Below are positions 1 to 9,635 of a stretch of 64,000 bases of DNA, one piece after another. Location: positions 1 through 64,000 of the forward strand of contig CAWENF010000026.1 in NCBI GenBank assembly GCA_963810275.1, in the 5' to 3' direction. The stretch's first letter is position 1, and each line of letters starts with the position of its first letter. The notes under the pieces are model-generated. The model was not told the origin of the DNA and made no database searches. It worked only from the letters and a program-made list of their open reading frames with translations. The position numbers and the translations under genes were made by a program. This stretch comes from an uncultured archaeon (GTDB lineage Archaea; Thermoproteota; Bathyarchaeia; Bathyarchaeales; Bathycorpusculaceae).

Positions 1-839
1 CATACGAAGCCGACGTTTACCGCGACGCCATCAAACTCCAAGTGCAGACGATACGCAAAAAACTAAGACGCACCCACGAGAAACGAGTACTACAACGTGT
101 CCGACGCACTGAACTTGGGTTTTTGACCGTCTCGCTTGCTGGTTACACCAGCGCAGGCAAAAGCACCCTATTCAACGCTTTGACCGCCGAGCAGGCTAAG
201 GTAGAAAAAGCCCTGTTCACGACGTTGTCCACGCAGACTCGCATTATCGCGTTCTCAAACCGCAGATTCCTATTAACCGACACAGTGGGCTTCATTGACC
301 GTCTCCCCATAAGCCTCATCGAAGCCTTCCACTCCACACTAGAAGAAACGATATTCTCCGACTTAATCGTGCTCGTCGTGGACTTCAAAGAGCCCCTCAA
401 CGTGATTGAGAAGAAAATCGGGGTTTGCACAGACACCATTGAGCGGTTGGGCGCTTCAGGCATCCCAATGGTGACAGCTCTTAACAAAATCGACCGCCTC
501 TGCCCTGAGGAGCGCGACCAAAAGATAGAGGCACTCAAAGACAAAATCCGAAACCCCATTCTACTGTCAGCGAAGTGCCAGACTAACCTTGACGAGCTAC
601 GCAAATTCATCCTCCATATACTGGAGAACTATCAGGCGGCACAGTTCAGTATCCCGATAACTGGTGATGTGATGCCGTTTATTTCGTGGATGCACCAGAA
701 AGCCGACATTCAGCACGAAGAGTTTACAAACACCAGCGTGGAGATAGATTTTGAAGCTAACCCCACTGTTATGGAGCAGGTTAAAAGGAAAGTGAAAGAC
801 CTCAATGGACAGTTCCAACTCAAGCCAACCCAAAAGTAG
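1..839 (+). CDS. hflX: GTPase HflX (5' truncated by window edge)
   Basis: GYTSAGKSTLFN (G1), LFTTL (G2), DTVGFI (G3), NKID (G4), SAK (G5); FHSTLEE motif typical of HflX. Confidence 0.93.
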   Translation, partial: YEADVYRDAIKLQVQTIRKKLRRTHEKRVLQRVRRTELGFLTVSLAGYTSAGKSTLFNALTAEQAKVEKALFTTLSTQTRIIAFSNRRFLLTDTVGFIDRLPISLIEAFHSTLEETIFSDLIVLVVDFKEPLNVIEKKIGVCTDTIERLGASGIPMVTALNKIDRLCPEERDQKIEALKDKIRNPILLSAKCQTNLDELRKFILHILENYQAAQFSIPITGDVMPFISWMHQKADIQHEEFTNTSVEIDFEANPTVMEQVKRKVKDLNGQFQLKPTQK

Positions 840-1389
840 CCCCAAAATCATCATTTTAAGATGGGGACACCGCGTCCAGCGAGACGTGCGGTTAACTACC
901 CATGTGGCGTTGACTGCACGAGCATTGTGTGCTTCAGGATTCATTTTAGCGGACACAACCGATAGCCACATCGAAGAAACCGTAAACAAAATCACGCAAA
1001 CATGGGGTGGGAACTTCCACTTTGAAATGGGCACCTCTTGGAAAAAAGCCGTCCTGGAATGGAAACAGAACGGCGGAGTAGTGGTGCATCTAACTGCTTA
1101 TGGAGAAAACATCCAAACGAGCAACGTAGTAAACCGCATACGAGCCACGGCCAAAGACGTGATGCTCCTTGTTGGAAGCCAGAAGGTGCCTGGCGAGTTC
1201 TATTCCGATGAGGTTTCAGATTTCAACGTGGCAGTAGGCAACCAACCGCACTCTGAATGCGCTGCTTTGGCGATTTTTCTTGACCGCTTCTTTGAAGGCA
1301 AAGAATTAGGGGCATCTTTTGAGAAAGCAAAAATCGCCATTGTACCCAAAGAGCGAGGCAAAGAAGTCAAAAGAAATGCCAAATCGTAG
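805..1389 (+). CDS. trm56: tRNA (cytidine(56)-2'-O)-methyltransferase (aTrm56, SPOUT)
   Basis: RWGHRVQRDVRLTTHVALTARA, VVVHLTAYG, GNQPHSECAALAIFLDR motifs; usual neighbour of tfe. Confidence 0.92.
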   Translation: MDSSNSSQPKSSPKIIILRWGHRVQRDVRLTTHVALTARALCASGFILADTTDSHIEETVNKITQTWGGNFHFEMGTSWKKAVLEWKQNGGVVVHLTAYGENIQTSNVVNRIRATAKDVMLLVGSQKVPGEFYSDEVSDFNVAVGNQPHSECAALAIFLDRFFEGKELGASFEKAKIAIVPKERGKEVKRNAKS

Positions 1390-1465
1390 TATTTATGTAA
1401 GAAGAGTTTTATTTCAGCATGAAGTATTATTAAGGGTGTCACAGTCCAAAAAGGAACCTCAGAGT

Positions 1466-1978
1466 ATGTTATCTACAATTGATGATTCAACCCTAACTAA
1501 AGTTGCTATGGCGATAGGCAACGAGGACGCGGTAAATCTTATTGAGCACCTCAAAGGCGTGGAGGAAATCACCGACGATGAAATCGCCAACAAAACAGGC
1601 ATACGCCTAAACTCCGTGCGTAAAATCCTCTATAAACTCTATGACCATTCCTTGGTCAGTTTAAGGCGCACCCGCGACCCCAAAACCGGCTGGTTTATTT
1701 TCCACTGGAAACTCCAACCCGACCAACTAGAAGGCTTCATACTCAGCCAGAAACGCCGCGTTCTGGAGAAACTCAACGTCCGCTTAGAATACGAAAAAAA
1801 CCATGATTTTTACTACTGCGGCAGCAACGAGTGCAAACGCATTCCCTTTGAAGAAGCTGTTGAACTTGTCTTCCATTGTAGCGGATGTGGCAAACCCCTT
1901 GTGCACTTCCAGAACGAAGAGATGATTATTCGGCTCTCCGAAAAAGTGGAAATCCTGCGCAAGGAACTGGGCGAGTAG
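1466..1978 (+). CDS. tfe: Transcription factor E alpha (TFE)
   Basis: wHTH (ITDDEIA..VRKILYKLYD..RDPKTGWF) plus Zn ribbon (FYYC..C..FEEAVE..FHCSGCG); ATG at 1466 preferred over ORF-track start 1319. Confidence 0.93.
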   Translation: MLSTIDDSTLTKVAMAIGNEDAVNLIEHLKGVEEITDDEIANKTGIRLNSVRKILYKLYDHSLVSLRRTRDPKTGWFIFHWKLQPDQLEGFILSQKRRVLEKLNVRLEYEKNHDFYYCGSNECKRIPFEEAVELVFHCSGCGKPLVHFQNEEMIIRLSEKVEILRKELGE

Positions 1979-1981
1979 ACG

Positions 1982-2509
1982 TTGCAGGGGCTTCTGAGCA
2001 GGGAGCAAGCCACCGCAATTTTAAGGAAAAACCACTGCCCAGCTAAAGTTATTAAGCACTGTTTAGATGTAGCTGACTTCGCCCTTCAAATCGCAGCTAA
2101 ACTCCAAAAACGCGGGTACAGTGTGGATTTGGAGTTGGTTGAAATGGGCGCAGTACTCCATGACCTGGGAAGAGCCAAAAGCCATGGCACAGACCACTCA
2201 CTTATAGGAGCGCAAATGGCACAGGAACTCGGCTTACCCCAAAACGTTGTCAACATAATAAAGCGACACGTCGGCGCAGGTATCACCAAAGAAGAAGCAA
2301 ATGATATGGGTTGGCCTGAAGGTGTGTATGAACCGCAGACTTTGGAGGAGAAAATCGTGTGCTACGCCGACAAACGCGTCGGCCAAGGCGAAGTAATGCC
2401 CATCGAAAACGAAATTGAGAACTTGCAAAGAAAAGGTTTAGTTGAGGCGGCAGAAAGAGTTAGAAGCCTCCATGACGAAATTAGGGGATTACTTGGTGAA
2501 CAGGTTTGA
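1982..2509 (+). CDS. HD/HDIG-domain phosphohydrolase (TIGR00295-like)
   Basis: H..(LHDLGR)..H..HVGAG..EEKIVCYADK; usual position after tfe. Confidence 0.85.
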   Translation: MQGLLSREQATAILRKNHCPAKVIKHCLDVADFALQIAAKLQKRGYSVDLELVEMGAVLHDLGRAKSHGTDHSLIGAQMAQELGLPQNVVNIIKRHVGAGITKEEANDMGWPEGVYEPQTLEEKIVCYADKRVGQGEVMPIENEIENLQRKGLVEAAERVRSLHDEIRGLLGEQV

Positions 2510-3252
2510 ATTTGACTTTGCTTACTAAAGCTCATAGCGGCGCCCAACTACGTCAAATTGGCGAGTTGCTTGGGGAACAGTTTGAAGAGCTAGATGTTGA
2601 TTTCAAGGTTTTAGGAAACCAGCAGAGCCGCTGGGTGCAGGTTTCGGTAGAGGGCGAAGACGAAGTAGTTGCCACCGCCTATATCAGAAAAGAAATCGGC
2701 TTGTGCCCAGGCACCTTGGACGCAGTGGAGGAAGGCACAGAGTTTCGGGGTTACATCTCCAAAGTCGATGACCAACGGGTTTTGGTGGATGTGGGTGTAT
2801 TTGAACCCAAATTCATACAAGCCTCCGTTCCAGTGGCGTCTTTGCAGGCGCAGTTAGCAGGGGGGAAAAAGTTGCCGCTTAAGCAAATCGCGGAGGTGTT
2901 TAGCCTTGGTGAAGGTTTGCCTGTGACCGTTAAAGTAACGTCTAAATCGGATGGTTTGCAGGCCGAGTTCTCTGAGGGACAGCTTGAAAGGCTACAGGGT
3001 TGGAAGCAGTCGCTTCTGGACAGGCTTATTGTTCTGCGTTGCTCAAAAGATTTAGTTACCGCTACTTTGGAGAGGACAAGGCTATATAGGGACGTAATTG
3101 ATGTTGAGCAGTTGGGTTTTTTTGAGTTTGCGCTTACCTGTAAGTTGGGAACTGACGCTGCGGGGCTTGTTCCCCGGTTGGGCAGATACATGCGCTATAC
3201 TGTTTTTTTGGTGTTCAATGCTAAGAAGAACCTAAAATTCGTGGACGAATAA
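2506..3252 (+). CDS. DUF2110-family protein
   Basis: WVQVSVEGEDE, VDVG, LGTDAAGLVPRLG segments; overlaps upstream stop; usual in the tfe cluster. Confidence 0.7.
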   Translation: MNLTLLTKAHSGAQLRQIGELLGEQFEELDVDFKVLGNQQSRWVQVSVEGEDEVVATAYIRKEIGLCPGTLDAVEEGTEFRGYISKVDDQRVLVDVGVFEPKFIQASVPVASLQAQLAGGKKLPLKQIAEVFSLGEGLPVTVKVTSKSDGLQAEFSEGQLERLQGWKQSLLDRLIVLRCSKDLVTATLERTRLYRDVIDVEQLGFFEFALTCKLGTDAAGLVPRLGRYMRYTVFLVFNAKKNLKFVDE

Positions 3253-3328
3253 GGATTAAGCTTATATTGAACTTAGACAGTTGAACTTTTTATAATCCGA
3301 AAACGGATTACAGAAAGAGAGGGTTACT

Positions 3329-3490
3329 ATGTTACAGGAAGATAACTCTGATAGAAAAAAATACAAAATAGACATCGGCGCCTATGGCAGCATAGGCATC
3401 GAGGCACCGACCAAGGAAGAATGTATTGAACTCTTCAAAGAAGTCACCCAAACACGACGTACCTCCCGAATCGACGAAGCTATCAGATAA
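3329..3490 (+). CDS. Small hypothetical protein (53 aa)
   Basis: Manually translated MLQEDNSDRKKYKIDIGAYGSIGIEAPTKEECIELFKEVTQTRRTSRIDEAIR; TATA-like TTTTATAA about 40 nt upstream, purine-rich RBS. Confidence 0.55.
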   Translation: MLQEDNSDRKKYKIDIGAYGSIGIEAPTKEECIELFKEVTQTRRTSRIDEAIR

Positions 3491-3546
3491 ACAAAAAAGA
3501 AGTAGAGGCGGCGTCCGCTCCTTGAATTTTTAGTCTCTTTGCGTTT

Positions 3547-3705
3547 CTAGAGCACGTCGTGTTCTTCTTTGCAGTGCGCTTCAAAATCGGATTTATTATC
3601 GTAAACCTGCTGGTCAATTGGGCACTTGTATTTTTTGTCCGCCGTTACCTCAGGTTCCGGCACGGTCACGCGGGGAGCAGTACGTTTCAATTCATCGTTA
3701 GACAT
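3547..3705 (-). CDS. Small C2H2-like zinc-finger protein (52 aa)
   Basis: GGAGGTGA RBS; MSNDELKRTAPRVTVPEPEVTADKKYKCPIDQQVYDNKSDFEAHCKEEHDVL contains Y-x-C-x2-D-x12-H-x4-H. Confidence 0.7.
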   Translation of the reverse strand: MSNDELKRTAPRVTVPEPEVTADKKYKCPIDQQVYDNKSDFEAHCKEEHDVL

Positions 3706-3905
3706 TCAAGTCACCTCCAAATTGACGCCACATGAGCGTTTTAATTATTCATGCAACTTTGAAAACTATAAAACAATGTGACTGTATCACACCAACAACA
3801 ACCATACAATAAAAATGGAAAGAGATAATAAAGAAAAGAACTTGCTGCTCAGCTTTTAGGATCTATTCTACGATGGCAAGCGTAAAGAAAAAGGGAAGTA
3901 GGGGG

Positions 3906-4274
3906 CTATAAGCCCAGCGTGCCAAGGGTTAGGCCTATACCTATTCCAATAAGCGCCAGCACGAAAATGATGATAGCAAAGACAATCACTGAAACCAAAG
4001 CTATAGCAAACGCCTTGAGCCATCCACAGTCAAAGAAGTGCTTGATGAGTCCCAGCCAAACAAAGAACATAATTATGGGTGCGATTATGCCGCCGATGAG
4101 CCAGCCTACGACTGCGCCAATGACTACGCCTAAAACGACGATCCAAATGGCGTCGGTAAATTTCGCTTTGCCTCTGCCTGCCAATGCTCTGCCTACGAGC
4201 CAAAGAACTGGTGCAATAACGATTATGGAAACCACTATCTGTATTAGAAGTCCAATAAGATCCAAATAGATCAC
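3906..4274 (-). CDS. Small 4-TM membrane protein
   Basis: Four hydrophobic segments; LIKHFFDCGWLKA motif. Confidence 0.75.
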   Translation of the reverse strand: MIYLDLIGLLIQIVVSIIVIAPVLWLVGRALAGRGKAKFTDAIWIVVLGVVIGAVVGWLIGGIIAPIIMFFVWLGLIKHFFDCGWLKAFAIALVSVIVFAIIIFVLALIGIGIGLTLGTLGL

Positions 4275-4643
4275 AAATAAATGTGTTCGTTAGAGTTTTT
4301 AAGGTAATCGCTCGCATGGTTTTTGTGCCCTAAACCGGTATGTCAAAATTACAGTCGTGTTACAACTAACGACAAAGCTACACCTATCCTAAACCTTAAA
4401 GAATGGTTGTGTTAGTCGAGCTGCTCATTCTGGTCTGATATGAACCACCCGGAAAAGGTGTTGGAAAGGTTGGTGTCTATGCTGAATGGCATGGCTAATG
4501 GTTTGGGAAAATCAGCTATCGGAAAGATATTTGCTGAAATAGGTGAAGAAACGACAGTAGCTCATTCAATGTTAATAATTTACAAACTTACTTTGCTGCT
4601 AAAACAAAATGAACCCCCTAAAAGTGGGGAACAAGTTTGGCGG

Positions 4644-4919
4644 TTAAGCCATCACTGGCACCGCAGATGTCTTATCTGATGAATGCACTTTCTCCTGAGC
4701 CATCAACGTCAACGTCGCAGTTATACCGTCTAATTTGCGGATTCTCCAAGTTACGATCTGCTTGAGTTCCTCCATGGACTGCGAGCTGACTCTCGCCAAA
4801 ATGTCGTAGGTTCCGTAGAGGGCGTATGCTTCTTCGACGCCTTCAACCTTCCTAATTTCTCTTAGGACATCCGATTCAACACCGATGTCACTTTTTATTA
4901 AAACAAAAGCTGTGTGCAC
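4644..4919 (-). CDS. Lrp/AsnC ligand-binding (RAM) domain protein
   Basis: AFVLI..VEGVEEAYALYGTYDILARV..IRKLDGITATLTL. Confidence 0.88.
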   Translation of the reverse strand: MHTAFVLIKSDIGVESDVLREIRKVEGVEEAYALYGTYDILARVSSQSMEELKQIVTWRIRKLDGITATLTLMAQEKVHSSDKTSAVPVMA

Positions 4920-5097
4920 GGTTACGCCTTCATAGTATATTGGAGCGGCTTTGTTTATAAAATTTGCACAAGATACTTCACTACGTCAAGTATCGTTCGT
5001 TGCATCAATACCGAGGAATCTATGGATGGTTTCATTTTTGTTTAAGAAGAACCTATCAAGAAACCATCATTACAGTACAATATTGTTATATAATAAT

Positions 5098-5197
5098 AAC
5101 AGACACAAAAATTGTAATTGCAATAATCGCTATAGCGGCATTAGCACTAACTGTGGTTGGAGTCGCAGCAGCAGCACAAGTAGCCCAAAACCAATAA
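5098..5197 (+). pseudogene. Truncated signal-peptide-like gene fragment
   Basis: TDTKIVIAIIAIAALALTVVGVAAAAQVAQNQ* reads as an N-terminal signal peptide with no adjacent start codon and an immediate stop. Confidence 0.35.
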
Positions 5198-5352
5198 TAG
5201 TGTTGCGTCACCGCTTGAAGGTAAAAGGTGTTGCTGTAACTGGCAAAGGTGCGGCGGGTTCAAGCGCTGGAGCGAACTGTAACGGTGTTACAGATTTTTG
5301 TAACGGTCAGCAAAATAAAATAAGCCCAATTCGTGCTCCGAATGTAAATTGG

Positions 5353-5430
5353 TGGTGGGCCGAGAGTGACTCGAACACTCGACCTTTGGCTCGTAAAGCC
5401 AACGTCCTAACCAGGCTAGACGACCGGCCC
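5353..5430 (-). tRNA. tRNA-Val(TAC)
   Basis: GGGCCGG..TCGGCCC acceptor stem, anticodon arm TTGGC-TTTACGA-GCCAA, T arm GAGTG-TTCGAGT-CACTC, encoded CCA. Confidence 0.96.
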
Positions 5431-5726
5431 ACACATCACTGACAGGCTATTTCGAACTCTGTATCAAATACTTCTTTATTCGGTGCTTGACCTAATTGAC
5501 CACTCAATGCCTTTTCAGTAGTCAGATTGATGCTGTGTGTTTTTAATAAATCTTTCAGAAAACGATTGTCAACTTTCGAAGGTAGACTTAGACTCAGAAG
5601 TAAATTGCATCTTTTCTGGATGCAATTCCAGAAAAGCATTTGACTCAGGTCTCGGTATATCTTTTATAATAGCGCTCTTTAAAGTCTTCATTCGTTAAAT
5701 GCTTCCTTCAGTCACGCTGGTTATAG

Positions 5727-7161
5727 CTAAATCGTTTTGAAGCCTTCTTTTATCTCGCTTAGCCGATTAATATTGCTTGATACAACGGATCTGCGATAGG
5801 AACTGTTAACTGTTCTAATAAATTCTTGAATCAAAAACTTCGGGCGTTTAACAAAATCAAAAAAAGCTTGATTGATCATCTCCTTAACCTCCTCTTCAGG
5901 AACAGCGGTTGGACATATTTGCGAAACGGCAACTCCTTTCTCCCAGTAATTATCGCCATTTATGAATCCCTTTGCTTGCATTTCATTCCATATGTCGTTT
6001 CCAGGATGAGCTGCAAGGATACCTAGTTGGGGAATGTCAATAGGTAAGTGCTTAATGAAATTAATTGTGTTTTGAATCTCAGCCCTTGTCTCATCGGGTG
6101 CACCCACTATGAATGAGCCAACGATTACATCTACGCCCGCCTTCCTAGCTGTTCTGACAGCATTCTCCGATTGTTGTGGAGTTATAGTTTTATGATAATA
6201 ATCTAGTATCCGCTGATTTGCGCTCTCGATACCAAAATAAAGTACTCTTAAGCCGGCCTTTGACATTTCTTGGCACAACTCTCTTGAACAGAAATCTACT
6301 CTGCCCTCACATATCCATTCCAAATCTAACTTCTCCTTTCGTATACCCTTGCAAATCTCAAGTGTCCTTTTAGGATTAAACGTAAAGTTATCATCAACAA
6401 AAAGCACTTGCTTGTACCCTTCACTTGAAAGTTCACAAAGCTCTTTCACAGTGTTTTCTGCTGATCTGGGCCTCCAGTTGTTTCTGGCTATGCCGGCGCA
6501 GCTACAGAACCGACAATAATAAGCGCATCCACGGCTAGAAAGTATGCTTGTGAATTTCTTTGGTGCGGCATTTGCGCCTCCTATTATGCAGTGATACTCA
6601 ACGTCAAGTAATTTTCTATCTGGAAAAGGCAATTCCTCTAAGTCTTTGATTAAGGGTTGGTCTTCATTAGAGCAAACACTGTTGTTTTTTCTATATGTGA
6701 TACCTTTTACAGAAGATACATCATCATTCTTGCTTATGCTATTGATAAGTTGACTAAACGTTTGTTCGCCTTCGCCCCGAATAACCATATCAACTGAGGG
6801 ATAACGCTTCAGTATTCTTTCAGCGTTAAAAGTGGCGTAATGGTTACCCATGACCGTTTTGATGTTGGGGCTTTTCTGTTTAACTTTTTCGCTGGTCTGC
6901 GCAGCAGTGGTTCCTGAAGTTGTAAGTGTAGAGAAGCCTAAAACGTCTGGTTGTTCGTTTACAACCCACTCTACGGTTTGATCTATTGTCAAGCCTTGTC
7001 CAGCCTGATCTAAAACTGAGACTTCAACGCCTCTTTCTTTAAGCGCAGCACCCAAGTAGAGAAGACCCAACGGGGGAAAAGCAGCAATGGCTTTGACAGT
7101 GTGTCGAATCATGCTCAACATTTGAACCATTTGAACCAGAACTAACTAAACAGACTTTCAT
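5727..7161 (-). CDS. Cobalamin-binding radical SAM protein (frameshift near the N-terminus)
   Basis: PPLGLLYL, GEGE, SRGCAYYCRFC (CX3CX2C), DDNF, GIES; natural N-terminus MKVCLVS starts at 7161, out of frame with ORF 5727..7130; visibly AT-richer than flanks. Confidence 0.88.
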
Positions 7162-7288
7162 ATAGCTCGACCTAAAAATTTACGATAAATAAAACAATCC
7201 TAAATAGTAGAAGATGTAACCAACTTTTTTTCCTTATGGTGGAAGCATAAGCGAACTAAAAAATAAACCTGCCAACAGACGGTTTTTA

Positions 7289-7339
7289 TGGCGTGTGAGA
7301 GGATTTAAAACCTCGACCCCCCAACTCAGGAAGCAACTC
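7289..7339 (-). pseudogene. Degenerate 3' half of a tRNA (Arg-CCT-like), possible att-site relic
   Basis: Minus strand GAGTTGCTTCCTGAGTTGGGGGTC-GAGG-TTTTAAAT-CCTC-TCACACGCCA: anticodon-like loop, variable loop, T-arm hairpin and terminal CCA; no 5' half. Confidence 0.45.
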
Positions 7340-7364
7340 AATTACTTTTACTTCATAAGTCTAT

Positions 7365-7658
7365 CTACGTATAATAGCTAAGAATGGTTCGAGCTGCATT
7401 TCCACCGTTCCATAAACAGCTAAGGTTAGAGAAGCAACAGGTGAAACCAGTGCAGTAGAAGTTGTGTTGAATTGTTGTTGCAACTGAAAATGGCGCACTA
7501 GTTGCAACAATAGAATTCAAACCTGAATTGAAGACTTTGCCTTTAACAGAGAGAACAGATTTACCCATAACCTATGCAATCTCACTAACGCCTAAACCCT
7601 TGGTAACAACCTCACACAGTTGCCGCTCTTCCTCAATTGACCAGGACTTACCCCTCAA
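7365..7658 (-). pseudogene. HTH (Myb/GcrA-like) gene with in-frame TAG
   Basis: LRGKSWSIEEERQLCEVVTKGLGVSEIA*VMGKSVLSVKGK: W-S-x-E-E-E start and EIA-x-MGKS helix pattern interrupted by one amber codon. Confidence 0.55.
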
Positions 7659-7813
7659 ACAACATTTCCCCAGCCAATACACCAAACCCAATTTCTATTA
7701 ACACATGAATGTCTTTAAATATTATTACAATACATACGCCAATTTTAATAACAACTAGCTAAATGTTAATACGAAAATCGACAAACTCACTACACCATTA
7801 TCGCAAAACACAG

Positions 7814-8203
7814 CTATTTGGTTTTGCCGGCAATTAGAACTCTGAAGAGATAGATAACTATCGGCAGATTAACTACAACACGTATAGCGTTAAGCCAGAT
7901 TTGATAGTAAATCAATATACCTACACTCGTGCTCAAAGTATATACAAGCACAAATATAGTGAAAGCAAAACCCCACTTTTTCCCAGAAAGCACTGCGGGA
8001 ATGGCAGCTATGTAGAGGGCGATTTCTATCCAGTTATTCAGGTCCTCAAAATCCCCATTGACGATTATCAATGCCATTAGGGCTATATTTAGAATAATCC
8101 AAACTGCAACGCCATAGACTATAGGCGATTTGGATGTACTATTTTGAAACATCAAGGTCAATATAGTTCTTTTAAGGCGTGTTTTTATGCTTTTTGTCTC
8201 CAA
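7814..8203 (-). CDS. Hypothetical membrane protein
   Basis: Four hydrophobic segments. Confidence 0.65.
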   Translation of the reverse strand: METKSIKTRLKRTILTLMFQNSTSKSPIVYGVAVWIILNIALMALIIVNGDFEDLNNWIEIALYIAAIPAVLSGKKWGFAFTIFVLVYTLSTSVGILIYYQIWLNAIRVVVNLPIVIYLFRVLIAGKTK

Positions 8204-8282
8204 AAAAATCCAACCAGAGTTGCTTGTGGTTTGAGATAATTATAAAACCAAAAGCCAAGTAAGCCATAGCAGTGAAACCAAG

Positions 8283-9635
8283 TTGACCGCTCAAACCATT
8301 ATTGCTGCATTCAAGAAGCATTACCCGCTGCTTTTCGTGCTTGCTGCATGCTGGTTGCTGTCGGCTTCGATGGGCTCCTACACAAACTGGGACGCAGAAA
8401 CCGAGTATCAAGCCGCTGTATCAGTCTTAACCACTGGGTACCCTATTGCGCCCACGGGTTTAATGATTAACCAAGCGCCGCTGTGCTTCTACACAACCGC
8501 AGCCGTCATGCAGTTCACGGGCGAAGGCTATGTAAACGGAGTTGCAGTCATAGATGCCTTCGGACTTTGCTGCGTCGCCGCTGTTTACGCCCTCGGAGCG
8601 ATTTTATATGGGCGCAAGACGGGGTTGGTGGCTGCTGCTCTCTTCGGGTTTTCGCCGTGGCATGTTTTTCTGTCACGAATTTACCTCATCGACAACGAAT
8701 ACCTGTTCCTCTGCTTAGTTTTTCTGGGGGTTGGAGCGTTAGCTACGAAACGCAACTCCGAAAAGCTGGTGCTAGCGGCGGGGGTGATTTTCGCGTTGGC
8801 GATGTTAACCAAACTGTTTGCGGTTTTTGCGTTGGTGCCTATGGCGCTTATCGTTTACTTTAACAGACGAAACGGAGTCGAATTCAAGCTCACCAGACAC
8901 AACGTACTGGTCTTTGCGGCGCCGACGCTTATATCGCATGTAGTTTGGTACGGCGTGTTAGCCAGAGACAGCTTCATGTATGTTTTCTTTAACACAGACT
9001 TCACCCACCCCAACCAAGTTGCAAACCCCATCTTAGCGTTTGTACCAGTCACAATGGTCAATAGTGGGGGCTGCTTTGTTTTTGCCGCTGCGGGTTTAGC
9101 CCTGACGGTTGGGTTGGCGTATCGGCGGCGGCTGGCTACGTTGCTGCGTTGGGATTTGGTTATGCTCCTGTCGATTGCATTTGTGGTAGGTCTTAACACG
9201 TTCATAGCTGTGATGCTCCACTCAAACCCTGCCTACATCAGCGCCGTTAAATACAGTTACATGGCACTACCGTTCTTCTGCATAGTCGCCGCCTCCACCA
9301 TCGATAAAGGCATGCTGATTGTGCAGGAGAGGGGAAAATGGGACATGGCAAAACTGGTGAAAGTGCTCCTGACTGGAGTGGGCGCAGCGCTGATTTTTGC
9401 GTCACTGCTTGAAGGCACCATGTTCCTCAACAAGTGGCACCCCTTTGCTTCATTTGGCGTGGACACCGTAAGCTACTTTCCGTTCTTCCTAAATACCCAA
9501 GCTCCGCCACAGGATACGCTGACACTGATGCAATACGCCGCATTGGGGTTGGCAGTTTTTGGCATGTTTGTAGCGACCTTAGCAAGCCGCATGAAACGGT
9601 CTTTAAGCGTACTGATCTTGGCGCTAAAAAGCTAA
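8283..9635 (+). CDS. GT-C fold glycosyltransferase (family 39, PMT/ArnT-like)
   Basis: Polytopic; NWDAETEY loop, QAPL, GLVAAALFGFSPWHVFLSR, LAMLTK motifs. Confidence 0.8.
   Translation: MTAQTIIAAFKKHYPLLFVLAACWLLSASMGSYTNWDAETEYQAAVSVLTTGYPIAPTGLMINQAPLCFYTTAAVMQFTGEGYVNGVAVIDAFGLCCVAAVYALGAILYGRKTGLVAAALFGFSPWHVFLSRIYLIDNEYLFLCLVFLGVGALATKRNSEKLVLAAGVIFALAMLTKLFAVFALVPMALIVYFNRRNGVEFKLTRHNVLVFAAPTLISHVVWYGVLARDSFMYVFFNTDFTHPNQVANPILAFVPVTMVNSGGCFVFAAAGLALTVGLAYRRRLATLLRWDLVMLLSIAFVVGLNTFIAVMLHSNPAYISAVKYSYMALPFFCIVAASTIDKGMLIVQERGKWDMAKLVKVLLTGVGAALIFASLLEGTMFLNKWHPFASFGVDTVSYFPFFLNTQAPPQDTLTLMQYAALGLAVFGMFVATLASRMKRSLSVLILALKS

Noticed and set aside
4440-4679. 79-aa plus-strand ORF
   Set aside because: No motif or RBS, overlaps the Lrp gene end; cannot be supported
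7572-7574. In-frame TAG in the HTH gene as pyrrolysine readthrough
   Set aside because: No pyl genes in the window and the surroundings are decayed; a nonsense mutation is simpler
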